DNA from: Owenia fusiformis
Taxonomy: Eukaryota
Direction: 5' to 3'
Assembly (NCBI GenBank): GCA_903813345.2
Contig: CAIIXF020000001.1
Span: forward strand, 34,348,001-34,412,000
DNA: 64,000 nt
Shown here: piece after piece, positions 1 to 11,900 of the stretch
Position numbering within the stretch: position 1 is the stretch's first letter
Layout: each line of letters opens with the position of its first letter
Notes under the pieces: generated by a model
The model's database searches: none
What the model was told of the DNA's origin: nothing
What the model saw: only the letters and a program-made list of their open reading frames with translations
Position numbers and translations under genes: made by a program

Positions 1-172
1 AAATACACCCTGTTGAGAATATGTATAATTGTCCGGGGTACTAGTCTAATATGACCTTATAAACTTGTAGTACTAGGACATGCACTATACTATGTCCAGT
101 CTACTATTAATACAAAATTGTTACGTTTGAACATAACTTGTGTCTGGGCTACTATATAGAACATACGGTTAA

Positions 173-1021
173 GGTCAGGGTGCATGATGGGAAATTTTCT
201 GCATTCCTCAATTGAGTCACATGTTATTTTTCAAACAAGAATCACTCCTTCCCTTCATTGTCTATATCTTCCAGTTTTGCACAAAAAGTGCACTTATATG
301 CCTAGAAAAGACTTGTGAGAAGAATGTTTTGATAAAGTGTATAAAAAACAAGAAAATTCAGTGAAAAAAATCAGAAGATTTTCAGAAATTTTTTCACTGA
401 ATTTTCTCATTTTTTATACATTTTACAAAACAAACCTTCTCACAAGGCTTTTCTAGGCACAGAAGTGCACTCTTTGTGCAAACTTGGAAGATGTAGACAA
501 TGTTGGGAAGGAGTTATTCATGTTTGAAAAATAACATGTGACTCAATAGACTAGATGCGAGTAGAAATGATCTTTATTTACATCATTAAATATTCAAAAT
601 TCAGTCGAAGTGATGTCATATTTGAAATCTACATGTAAAAATACATCTAAAAATATGGTTTCGAAAATTGTTTATCAATTTTGAAAATTTAATATTTTTT
701 GAAAATGTGATTTCTAGTTCGGGTTGATTCCCCATAGACCCCATATTACAAAATCACAAAAAGTGAAATATCTTTTCTTGTTTTGGACATATAACATTTT
801 CTTTTACTGGACATACTTAAATTTGCATAACTATTCGATACACAAGGGATATATGAAAATTGAACCACTAAAACCTATGTAATTTAAGTTAAAGGGAACT
901 TTCTACTATACCCGCCATGCTATCTGACCCGAGCGAGCCACCTGGTGGTGAAACTGGTAACTACCTACTCGCATTTGCGTTATTGAGGAATGCAGAAAAT
1001 TTCCCAACATGCACCCTGTCC
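173..1021. mobile_element. Foldback MITE with TTAA TSD (Kolobok-like), interrupted by family-F element
   Basis: TTAA at 169-172 and 1022-1025. Ends GGTCAGGGTGCATG / CATGCACCCTGTCC. Near-perfect palindrome (214-370 vs 385-547). TTAA TSD with purine-purine termini fits Kolobok. Confidence 0.7.
548..981 (+). mobile_element. 434-bp MITE family F, copy 1 (AT TSD, ISL2EU-like)
   Basis: Subterminal IR AGATGCGAGTAG / CTACTCGCATTT. Comparison with the uninterrupted arm of the host palindrome (CTCAATTGAG) shows a 2-bp AT duplication. Further copies at 16451 and 55631, and a fragment near 3076-3110. Confidence 0.7.
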
Positions 1022-1272
1022 TTAAGTGGAGGTGCCACATACTGATGTAAAGTTGTCAAACTTAAATTGGACTCTTTTATGCACCAAATATCAAGATATA
1101 CACACTTGAAATGTAGACAATAGATAATGACTGGGTAAGTTGTGTGTTAAATGGAATACACAAAAAGTAATTTATAAAAGTCAACATGTATATTCAGAAA
1201 CCAATGTCCTGGATACTATTTGGCAAGCTGGACTTTTATTTACTCACACCAAATACTACTAGTGTCCTAATT

Positions 1273-2404
1273 CACACTACCCTACCTCGATCGCGCATGC
1301 GCGAATCTTTTGGCTTTCAACCAGGTCGCTTTTGAGTATATCGACTGCTTAGTCAAAAGGTTAATACGTTTGGTGCTCGGAGTGAGTCAATATTGCTATT
1401 CGCTACACTTCAGTGGTGCAATAGTGAAGTCCATGTTCCAAGTTATATGATAGTTGAAGAAAGAATGTAAATGATATCGTTTTAGATTTTAAAATATTTG
1501 ATGTGTCATAGTACACGGTACACAGTTGCAAAAGTTGATCAATACAGGGTACAAGGAATGTAAATTGTTCAATAATACAGGGAGCGAGAAAGTAAGCTGA
1601 TTATACAGACATACTATGTCCCGACCTAATGTACATTTACGTTGCAAACAGTGAAAGTAATGCTAAAAAGGCCGCCTGTTGATGCTTTGAGGTGTCATCA
1701 ATTGTTATTTAATCCAAATAAAGTAAACATTATTTTGTAGATTTAGTCATTAAATTAACAAGAACGCTAGATTATACGTGTTACTAAGGTATCAAATTGA
1801 AATAAAATAACGAAATTAAATATTAACACGTTAATGATAAATGACTATCCGCTCTCAGTATTAATGACTATCTGCTACTCAGAATAATTAAAATTGCCTG
1901 AACTACATGTGAAGAATCTTTCTATAGAACCCCTTGAATGGTCTAATTCACTACCGTCCTCAAAAACTGATCATTCAAAATGTTTTATTCAAATTCACAA
2001 AAATACAGTTAACTAACATACTAGAAAACGTATCCACCTATAACACGATGACACGCAGTTTAAATAACAGTTAACTGTTTTTTTTATTACATATCAATGT
2101 AACATTTTCGAAGGGAAACTTGCATGCTCCCTGTACGTTGATAGATTTACTGAAATGTATCGTGTATTGCATTCGTGTTTTGCTTCACTGCGCCCACTAT
2201 TATCTATCTTTGCCTATAGTGTTTTTTTGCCAACAATATTCTACACACTGCTTGATGAATCAATTCTATGTCTGGTAGAACACTAGAAATAAATGTAAAA
2301 TGTATTTTACGTTCAGAAATGTGGAATTAAACCCACGTCCTCTATTTGCAACTAAGCTGTACCCTGTTTCCCTTTTAAACGTGGTCACGTGGTAGGGTAG
2401 TGTG
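1273..2404 (+). mobile_element. Non-autonomous Transib-like element, family E copy 1
   Basis: Perfect 14-bp TIR CACACTACCCTACC / GGTAGGGTAGTGTG. 5-bp TSD TAATT (1268-1272, 2405-2409). CAC..GTG with a 5-bp TSD is the Transib/RAG-like signature. Confidence 0.8.
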
Positions 2405-3139
2405 TAATTGACCTTGCTAGAAATTATGTAGCTCAGTTTTATGCATGGCTTCACAGTCCAAACTTTTATCAAAGTCCATGAAGTATAATCAGCTGATTCA
2501 AATGTAGCTATTCACACTGGCATGTAGCGGCCCTGATATCGATAAATTCTACACGCAATATAACCCGATTTTACACGAAAAAGCCTCGATATCCGGGCAT
2601 TTACTCTTACACTGAACTGAAAATAGCATCGTCTAAACGTATATGTGTTGGCTTCCGGGTAAGTTTATCAACATTTATACTCAATTGAAAGAGCAGTCGT
2701 GCTGATATCGTGTACCAGTTTGATTAATTTATATGTGTGTGTATTTATAATATGATAGCCTAGTAATACCGTGTCGTTAGAACAACTGCTAGATATCGAA
2801 CTGATGACCTGAAATTACATTATTGGACTGATCACGCATCTGATATTAAATGATTAATTTGCATTGAATCTGATATTAACTTGCAACCAAATACCATGAC
2901 TTTACATTTGAATGATAACACGGCCTCATATTCTAATTCATTATACGTCCATTGCAGGCCAAAAATGTTTCAATGTGGATATTGTAATGCACACGAGAAT
3001 ACATTCGATTCGTATATTGATCATCCATCAATTGAACATGGAGATTTTCCTGTACTCTTTTCCCAAACCTGTGGAATAGACCAGATGCGAGTAGAAATTA
3101 TCTTGATTTATCCTATGCCAAGTAGGGTTTTAGGGAGAT

Positions 3140-5083
3140 AAGTTGGTAAGATATATCCCGTATCCTGATTTTGAGGTTTCCATATCAAGAACCTCCATAT
3201 CTCCCGCCATATCTCCCGCTTCGGTGCATACTAGTATCTTCCCACTTCGGGGCATATCTTCCCGCTTCCAAAAAGTGGAAATGCAATAAAATGACTTTGC
3301 ATATGAATGATTTGTTTATTTTTTACACCTTGTACTACTGAAAACTCTACTTGGTATAGGATAAAGCAGTTATGTACGGTCGGTTTGGATATTGGGTTCA
3401 TCCCTCGTGAGATATGCACATCTACTTTCGGTCTCTACGGTCCCTCAGGTAGATATGATATCTCCCTCTGGATAAACCCAATATCCAAAACCTCCCAGTA
3501 CATAACCCTTATTTATCCCGTGGTTACAAGGATATAGATCGAATATCACGTGATATAATTGATACGTGGATGAAGATATCATATTTTAGCAAACAATTCC
3601 CAAATCATCGAATATCACTTTTGAAACCATCGAATATCACTTTTTGAAAGGTGATATTCGATGGTTTCAAAAGTGATATTCGATGGTTTTGATTTTTTCA
3701 ATTTTTTTATTAATTCAGCAAAACGATTGTTTACATATTTTTTATTTTTTTCATTGGATCTTGTTTTTACGGCGTTCGCATTAAATACGAACCACTCTGT
3801 TACGTCACGTATATGACGTTCGTTGAATTATCGCAATCAAAATGTTAGACGAAATGGAATTTCCATTGCAATTTATCTGACTATTCAATGTTCGCTGGAT
3901 AATAATTCCCAATGGGACAATCCTATGGTTTTTCAAAAATATCACTTATATCCACTCATGGATATCAGTATCTTCACTCACTCGCTGCGCTCACTCGCGA
4001 AGATATCAATATCCACTCATGGATATAAGTGATATTTTTTCAAAGCCATTTCAAAGTGATATTCGATCTATATCCTGGCAACCATGGGATAAAGCTTTAC
4101 GTCCCGCTCCGAGCGGGCAGATATAGTATATCTGCCCGCTACGTCATAATCGCCGCTCGCATATTTGTTCATAATTTGTATAACGTTCGCGGAATGACTG
4201 TAAACGGCAATGGAGAAAACACAGACAATCGTGGTCTGTTTGATGGTTAAAAAAGGGAAGGAGCATCCACTTTAAGTCGAGCCTCTCTCCGAAACGCAAT
4301 CTTAGGGATCCCTGGTAATATTTTGTGCTTTAATGAGAAAATATACAATAATGAACAAATGGAGCAAATATTGTGAAGAAATACTCACGATAAAGATGTT
4401 AGTCTGACGATTGTTCATTCAATTGCTCATTCGGTTCGCCGGTAAACACATTTTTTTGAAGATTTCTAAATTTAGAATGTCACGTGACTTACTAAAAAGA
4501 AGTTTGAATAAATCCCCTTTAATTACGCTCATACGTAACCATTGCCCGGGTGGCTCAGTGGCAGAGTGCTCGCCTCTCACTTTGACGGTTCGGGTTCGAA
4601 TTCCGGCTTCGTCTTATTTATTGTTTTAAGTTAATGGTTATGCTTTGATTTTACGCTTAAAAAACGTTTATATCTACGTCAAATTTATATTTAAGCATTT
4701 ATTATCTGTTCAGTCGTATAAAAATGGAAAAATTATTTATGTTCGTTTTGGAGAGAGGTATAGGTTTAATCAATAAAAAATTCGAGAAAATAAATATGGG
4801 CGGAATATTTGAGAGAACATGAAAATCCGCCCACGGCCAAGAAAACAAAACTGGACATGAATATTCTAAAATATTTCCACGATTTAATAATGTGAACCAG
4901 ATGACCAAGATTGGTATGGGATGAACATATTATCCTATAGTCGGTTCAGGATATTGGGATTATCCCTTGGCCAATAAGGGATAATTGGTCCCTTCGGTCC
5001 GAGGGACCGAAGGGACCAAGGGAAGATATATTATATATCCCTCGGGATATTCCCTGTATCCAAAACCTCCCAGTGCATAACTG
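3140..5083. repeat. Cluster of nested palindrome-rich foldback elements (Crypton-like non-autonomous)
   Basis: IR 3513-3549 vs 4056-4092 (TTATCCC..GGGATAA). Palindrome 3368-3506 whose end recurs at 5057-5083. Hairpins CCCGCTCCGAGCGGG and GGTCCCTTCGGTCCGAGGGACCGAAGGGACC. No TSD seen. The family call is inference. Confidence 0.45.
4544..4613 (+). pseudogene. tRNA-like sequence (SINE head / tRNA pseudogene)
   Basis: A box TGGCTCAGTGG, B box GGTTCGAATTC, followed by a T-rich tract. The acceptor stem does not pair. Confidence 0.6.
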
Positions 5084-5341
5084 TTGTATATAGTTTAGCA
5101 TGATATGTACTTCTTTCTGTAACTGGAATACGATTCTAAATATACATATGTTTCAAATTTTTTGCTTTTGTCTTTGGAGGCTAAAGATAGATTAAAGTAA
5201 GTGTTAATTCTGACTTATCTGCTTATAATATGATTGTTATTGTGTCTCATAAGCCTTTGGAGGCTGGCCGTATAATTACGGGTGACACTGTAATAAATAA
5301 ATAAATAAATAAATAAAATAAAATATACAAGCAACACATAC

Positions 5342-5401
5342 GTATTCCCGGGGAACCATAAATATTTTGTGTAGGGTGTGGACATTTTTCTTTTCATTTC
5401 T
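5342..5401 (-). CDS. Candidate host-gene exon 4 (RNEKKNVHTLHKIFMVPREY), phase 0-0
   Basis: Acceptor gattttAG, donor GTatgt. 60 nt, open, and phase-compatible with exon 24998-25122. Confidence 0.4.
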
Positions 5402-6408
5402 CTAAAATCAGATTATTCTCATAAAATTCATACAAAGTTGGGCCTAAGCCTCTATTTTCGTATTCTGCATGTTAAGATATTTATAATGTAAAAACTAAGA
5501 GATAAATTCAATGTCTTCAGTTGAGAATAAGTATAAGGTAAATGTGTGAATTCTGCTTGTTGTTGCACTATTTTTATAATAAACAAGGTTCGATACGCAA
5601 CACTGAATAGACTGCAGTCATAGCTTAGTTGTAAAGAAAACAAAAGAAGTTGGGACGTGGTCATGCTTGAATACGATTTTAAATATATTGCCGTTTACAT
5701 TTGTTGAAATCGGCCTGTATTAATTTCAACAGGTGATCGGTGTACAAGGGCATATATTTGAGTTATTGGTTTAATGAGAAGTATGACCTATGAGTGGGTA
5801 ATGTTTTACAAATGCATGAAACAAATACTCCAATGGCCTAATCTCAATTTTCCTGCATAAACCTTTACATTGAAATGATGGTCATTTGCTCTCTAACTTC
5901 CGCACCGCATACGTAACTTCGTAACAATTCAATAAGCCAAGACAGGACCGCTATAATCGCTACATGCCAGTGTATTCAAGCAATGTTCATTCATCAATGT
6001 TAATTAGCTAGGCAAAATTCAACTGTTGCCATTCAAACAATGTTCATTCAGGTGATGTGAGATTATTATATAGCACTGCACTTCAATGTTTATGTGACTC
6101 CCTTGCAAAATAATGCAGCATGGAATTTTGCCAATGTCTATGTGAAAAAATGCAGTTTTATGCCAATCATAAATAGTTCAATCTCAAGTTGTGTTGATCT
6201 TTGACGCTTTTCCATATGTCTTTATCCGTACCACTTACTTGGTTTACCCGACTTCCATCAGTATTAGCTTATGTGGCCTGGTCATTAAAAAATATCTACC
6301 TATCCATAAAACAGTAGCCTAACAATAGCCTAGCAATTGGGAAATGAATTTCTATATTACGTGTCAGTATTCAAAAACCAGTAAAATATCAACGTAACAT
6401 CAGTGTAT

Positions 6409-7002
6409 TGTAACACCCGCAGTACCAGTGTAACCATGGGGCGAGGGACAACACATGGGAACACGAAAAATGATGTAAAACTATAAAACACTGATTTATT
6501 TCAAAATATATGCAAATGGAATAAAATATCTGGTTTAAAGTGACAATCTAGCTTAAAGTGAATAGCTAGCTTAAAGTGAATAGTTAGCTTAAAGTGAATA
6601 GCTAGCTTAAAGTGAATAGCTAACTTAAAGTGAATAGCTAACTTAAAGTGAATACTATCTAGCTCAAAATGAATATCAAGCTTAAATTGAATACTATCTA
6701 GCTTAAAATCTATCTGTCTAAATGACCAAAATCTATCTGCCTAAATGACCAGGCCACCCGCTAGGGCACCCACACTTGACCCTAAATATATCTCAACAGG
6801 GTGGTGAGTATAAGCACTAGAAAGCCCACTGGTAGACCCGTGGCAGGTCCTGGCTGTTTGAAAGTTGAGGCTAATACTGAAGAAAACATGTGAAGTGTGA
6901 ATGAAAGTTAAGCTCCCAGCAGGGTTTGATTGGCCTATAGAAAAATGAAATATTTAGCCCTCCAAAACAGGGTTAAAAAAAATATAAAATCCGAATGTCA
7001 CA
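6409..7002 (-). mobile_element. Probable solo LTR (594 bp)
   Basis: TGTAACA...TGTCACA termini. Flanks TGTAT / TCTAT (5-bp TSD, 1 mismatch). Minus-strand AATAAA near 6495-6500. Confidence 0.5.
6548..6710. repeat. 18-bp tandem repeat (TAGCTTAAAGTGAATAGC)n
   Basis: About 8 copies read directly, degenerating 3'. Confidence 0.9.
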
Positions 7003-7653
7003 TCTATATTACTTCCATAGCCCATGGGGTTCCTTTCAGAGATCAATCTGGCCAAAGGCTTAATTGGGAGCACTGTGGTTTATAGTGTTTCTTGTACAGG
7101 TGACTAACCGACAATTCAATTGATAGCCCCGTGCGCAGCAAACATGGGCTGAAAATGTTTAAAATCATTGCTATTCATACGTTCTTGCATACTAGCAACT
7201 GAAAAGTTGTAAGTAAGCTTGAGAATAATTTTGATAGCTGACGGATCAGCTATAGCTAGTCAATTAAAATCCAAGTAGATGCTGGCCTAGCCCATACCCC
7301 ATACTTTAGAAACATAATCCATACTGGTACACCATTGGTTAGATGGCTAATGAGTAGCCTATGACTGACAGGTCGATTTTGAAACTACATTCTCACTACA
7401 TAAAACACTTATTACATTAATTACATTAACAAGTTCAATGTAATATTGCATCCCTACATTGTCCACACGAATAAATGCGTTAAAAAATTATTTTAGTTGG
7501 ACTAAAAAATGTTTGAAGGGATATAACTTAATAATTCCAAATGTTAGCGATGTATGATGATAAGCTGTACACATCTTACGAATATCTTCCTAAAAAATAT
7601 GTGAGATAATCCTACTAGCAGTGAAAACAATCTGAATTTTCAAAAAAAGCTAA

Positions 7654-8300
7654 TAGGCTAGGCAAATGGAAGTTTAACATCCCAAAAATTGCAACAGTTT
7701 TTAAATTAGGCTTATATTGTATATTGATACCAGTTGAAAAACATATCAAAAGTATAGAAAAATGTATGCAGTGGACAAATATGAAATTTCACATCCAAGG
7801 TACCCCCTACAATCCCACCCCAAATTTTAGTATGGGATTGTAAATAATTTCCTATTCCAAAATGGAATGCTCTGGTCAACAAAACAGGTTATATTATGAT
7901 AGTTTACTGACATTTAAGCGACTAAAAAATTGTTAACCCACTATTTGAGTGCAATAATTGGCATTTCTAGGGCCAAATATCTGAAAATAGGCCATCAAAC
8001 AGCCAAAATGTAATATAACAATGTATATATTTCTATATTAGTTCATCAGAATTGCATGAAAAAAATCAAGGAGGTTAATATACACCTGAACATTGTATTT
8101 GATTAATATCAGGGTCATCAGTTGCATATTGAGGGTGAAAATAATATTTAAAATTTCAATATTTTGCCACGCCCACTTTTGGGGTGACCTTAACTTTTGT
8201 TCAATTTCTTCCAAGATATGTCATATTTGTACTCAATAGTACATTTTAATTATTTGTAAAGGCTTATTTTGTCCTGAAATAGAGTTTTTGATGTTTTCAG
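7654..8300 (+). repeat. Left TIR of AcademX (short-spacer end)
   Basis: Reverse complement of ~14420-15075. High identity in the outer ~250 bp, decaying inward. Inner boundary approximate. Confidence 0.85.
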
Positions 8301-8917
8301 GAAAGGAAAAATGAGAGAATATTGCAAATGTCAGGTGAAATATAGGCGTAGCCATACTTTCAGTTGGTATGTGATAAGATATCAAATAAAGAAATGACAA
8401 AATGAAATGAAAAAAATTCTTCTTTTAAGTCTCTGGTATTACAGAGAGAAGATTTGTTAGAAATGAAGTACAAACAGTGGTTTAAAAGTATCCTTGAAAA
8501 GGCAACAAAATGTTAAATGTCCCTGACATCATTTTAAACATTAAAGAAAAATGAATATTTTTGATTAAGTTGTTCTTAACCACACACTAATATTGAGAAA
8601 TGAAATGAAGAAGTTCAACTGAAGTATGTTTGAATTCAAGATTAAATTCAACAAAAAGTGGGGTAGAAGTGTCTACGTTGATAAATCATACTGAGTTAAT
8701 TACTGTATCGTAAAATAAATCCCTGGTATTTATATAGAGCGTGGTTGGATCATGTTATGTTCATAATCAAAAATGCTGCCTTAATTTTGTAATCTTAACT
8801 AACATATATGTGTCTTACTTATAGAGAGCAAAAAAAGAATACTGATTAAATAAGCTTAATACTATTATGTTGTAACAACCATCAGTTACAACCTTGCCTA
8901 TCACCAGCCTTCATTAT

Positions 8918-11900
8918 TTACTCATCATTTTCATGATCAGTCATGGACGTATTTGCACAAATGCCTTTGCATTCCTTACATGCCATAGAACATTCCATTC
9001 CATTTTTTCTGCAAGTGCATCTCATCGAAGTGCAACCTGCCTTACATCCACAACGAATGATCTCTAAAAGAGAGACGGGAGCTGCAGGTAGTGTCGTCGC
9101 AATTGGTACAAAAGCTCCATCGCTTCTTTCCCAGCCCCATTGTAATGGAGGCAGTTTATTCCCCTTCCACTCCTGGATCTGATGGTACACTCTATAACTG
9201 TGATATTTCGCAGCATCAGAAGTTGGAGGGAGAACCTGGGGCTGCAATAATTCAGATCTCGCTGCTGTCTTTTCATAGAATTTTTGAAGCCTAAGTTCAT
9301 TCAGGGTTTCACCATTTTTCCCACCATAAATGGATACAAGAGCATGTTCACCTGCCTCTGCAATGACAGAGTTACTCGCATCTGGTAATTTAAAAACAAC
9401 CGCTTGTTTTCTGAAGAACTCACTCTTTTTTATCTGCCTCAATGATAGCTTCTTGCCTATACCATATAACCTGGATGAGGTGTCGCACCCCAGAAAAGCA
9501 TGGATGAACAATATATTGTCACAGACCACTTCTCCCAAAGACAATCTTGTCTCATTTATATTCCAACATTTCGTTTCTTGGGTTGCTGTTTTTGGTTCAG
9601 GCTTGAAGAAAATGTTGAAGTTTGTGTTTTGTGCATGATAAATGAGAAGCACAAGGAGATCTGTATCATCTCCTATGAGTACTGTATTTGAGGTTGATGC
9701 ACTTTGAATTGCAGTCTTCACAATCAGTGTATCTGCATCCGATTCTGCATGTAGCACTTCACACTCAATGTTCTCCAACCTGGCAGACAACATGTGTATA
9801 AAATTCTGCTTGTTCACTGAGTTAAGCAAAAACTCCTCTTTCTTTGTCTGAAGTGTCATTGTGTTGATGAACTGTATGACAGTTCCAGAATTACCACCAT
9901 TCCTACGGACATGCGTGGAATCTTTTGTGTTGGGGCCACTATCATACCCATCAAATACTACTTTAGCCTTGCCATATCTAAGTTGGACATAGTATATATA
10001 CTGACTGAGAATATTTTCCCATGTTGAGCCCTTCCTCCATGGTATCCGATGTAGGAGTGCTCCCCCATCAAGAATATATTGCACATTAGAGCCAGCCGGT
10101 CCTGGTAAAGCAGCAAGGTCTGGAGTCCACAAAGCATCGGCAAGCTGAGCCTTCACTGCTGGTCTCATCACCCATTTAGACTCAAACAATGCAGGTGGAT
10201 AACTGCATAACTCAAAGCTGAAAACATCAGACAGTTCTTCAGATCTTGTACCAGCTGTAACAAGACGTTGGAAAAGAAGTTGTGGATCAACACTTATCTC
10301 TTCGTTGTTTACTTTCACCGCTGATTTAGCTCCCATTGTAACAACCTGATCTTTCCTTTTAAAGGAAATCTGAGTGACTTGTTTCCCAATTATTGATGAA
10401 AGTATTGATGTTCCAACTTCCTTTGCATCATATGCATTAACAGAGGCAGGTGCTGAAACACCAGTAGCAATGTTCCTCAATGATGGTTCAGATGCAAAGG
10501 GATTTCTGTCTGAAAGGTATTTCAATATAGCTTCAGAATCATTTCTGTCCTTTGCTAACCTTGTTGAAGCAACATCCTTATGTTGGTCACTTGTTGCAAA
10601 TGCAGTGTTTGTGAAGTCTTGCATGGCAGAGTTCACCTCGCCACAAGCAGGGGAAGAGAGTACCCAAACTAAACGTTGCGTTTCTGTCATACCTTTACCT
10701 CTTGTTAGGCCACCTGTAGCTTTAAGGCTTCGCATAAGGCATTGCTCTATGACTAGATCTGCAGACAGTCCTGCCCAAGATCTATCGGTACGGCGAATGA
10801 CATGCAGACCATTCATAAAATGCCTATAAACCTCCGGATTTATCTTTTCCAGCTTTGTCATCTTCTGTAGATATAGGTACACAGATTTAAAATATAAATT
10901 GTGTCCTGACGCTGCAAAGTATGGTAACATGTCATACAAACATTGAAGGTGTAGGGTCCAATTGCCCAACCTTTCACCTTTAATGAATTTACGGAAGAGG
11001 TCAATCATTTCCATGTACTGTAACCACAACCTGGATGTCTTTAGGTCTTGGATGGATTTCTTTTCCTCTGTAAGCTTTTCACCAAAGCTATTTGAAATGT
11101 GTTCAAGATGGGGATCATCAACATTTACATCACCCCGAAGAACCTTATCCAGCATATCACTCATTAGTTTGATATCATCTTGAGAAGTGACATTTTGTAT
11201 GGACGAATGAGAAAATGGTCCCTGTTCATTGACATCATCGTTATCATGGATATCAGAATTTACATCAGGAAGAACATGTTCAATATCGACATCGTATACC
11301 CTTGCAGCAAGCAAAGCATTGAGAGCATTGTCAACAAGTAGATGCCCCCTTACTGCTCTTGCCACCGACTTGCCAGATAACATATGCCCAACTGCATTTT
11401 CAGCATACACCAGGCTCAGCACAGAATCTAATCCTGATCCCTCCATTATGTGACCTATACAACCTAAGTAGCTCATTTCGGTATGGAAACCTCCAAGTCG
11501 CACAATCATAGAACGAAGCTCACTATCGTCTGGTTCATTTTCAACAATCATATTTGCCTTCCACCACAGTGGCTGGTCAAATGTTATTACTGGTGTGCAG
11601 TTGTATTTACGAGCATGAAATGTAACAAAACTCAGAGTAGAATATATACATGACATATTGCTGGGGTCCATATCAATCATTGGGAGGAACATTACAGATG
11701 CCTCACCAGGATGATCTCCCTTGCAGACCATTTGCATGAGACCTGACCAGAGGGGACTATGACTTTGAAATAATAATGATGACTTCCATAGCAAATCCAC
11801 ACAAATAAGAGGTTCATTGACCTGGGGTCTTGACAGGTTTTCATAACAAATGGATCCAAATCTTTCTCCTCCACTAGTATAGAACTGTGTGTGTATTCTT

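Noticed and set aside
2266..2491. Further host exon or 68-aa ORF
   Set aside because: Weak donor, wrong phase for the chain, and the ORF runs into a TE terminus.
4544..4613. Functional tRNA gene (also 23945-24016, 56115-56184)
   Set aside because: A/B boxes are present but the acceptor and anticodon stems do not form. Treated as SINE heads or pseudogenes.
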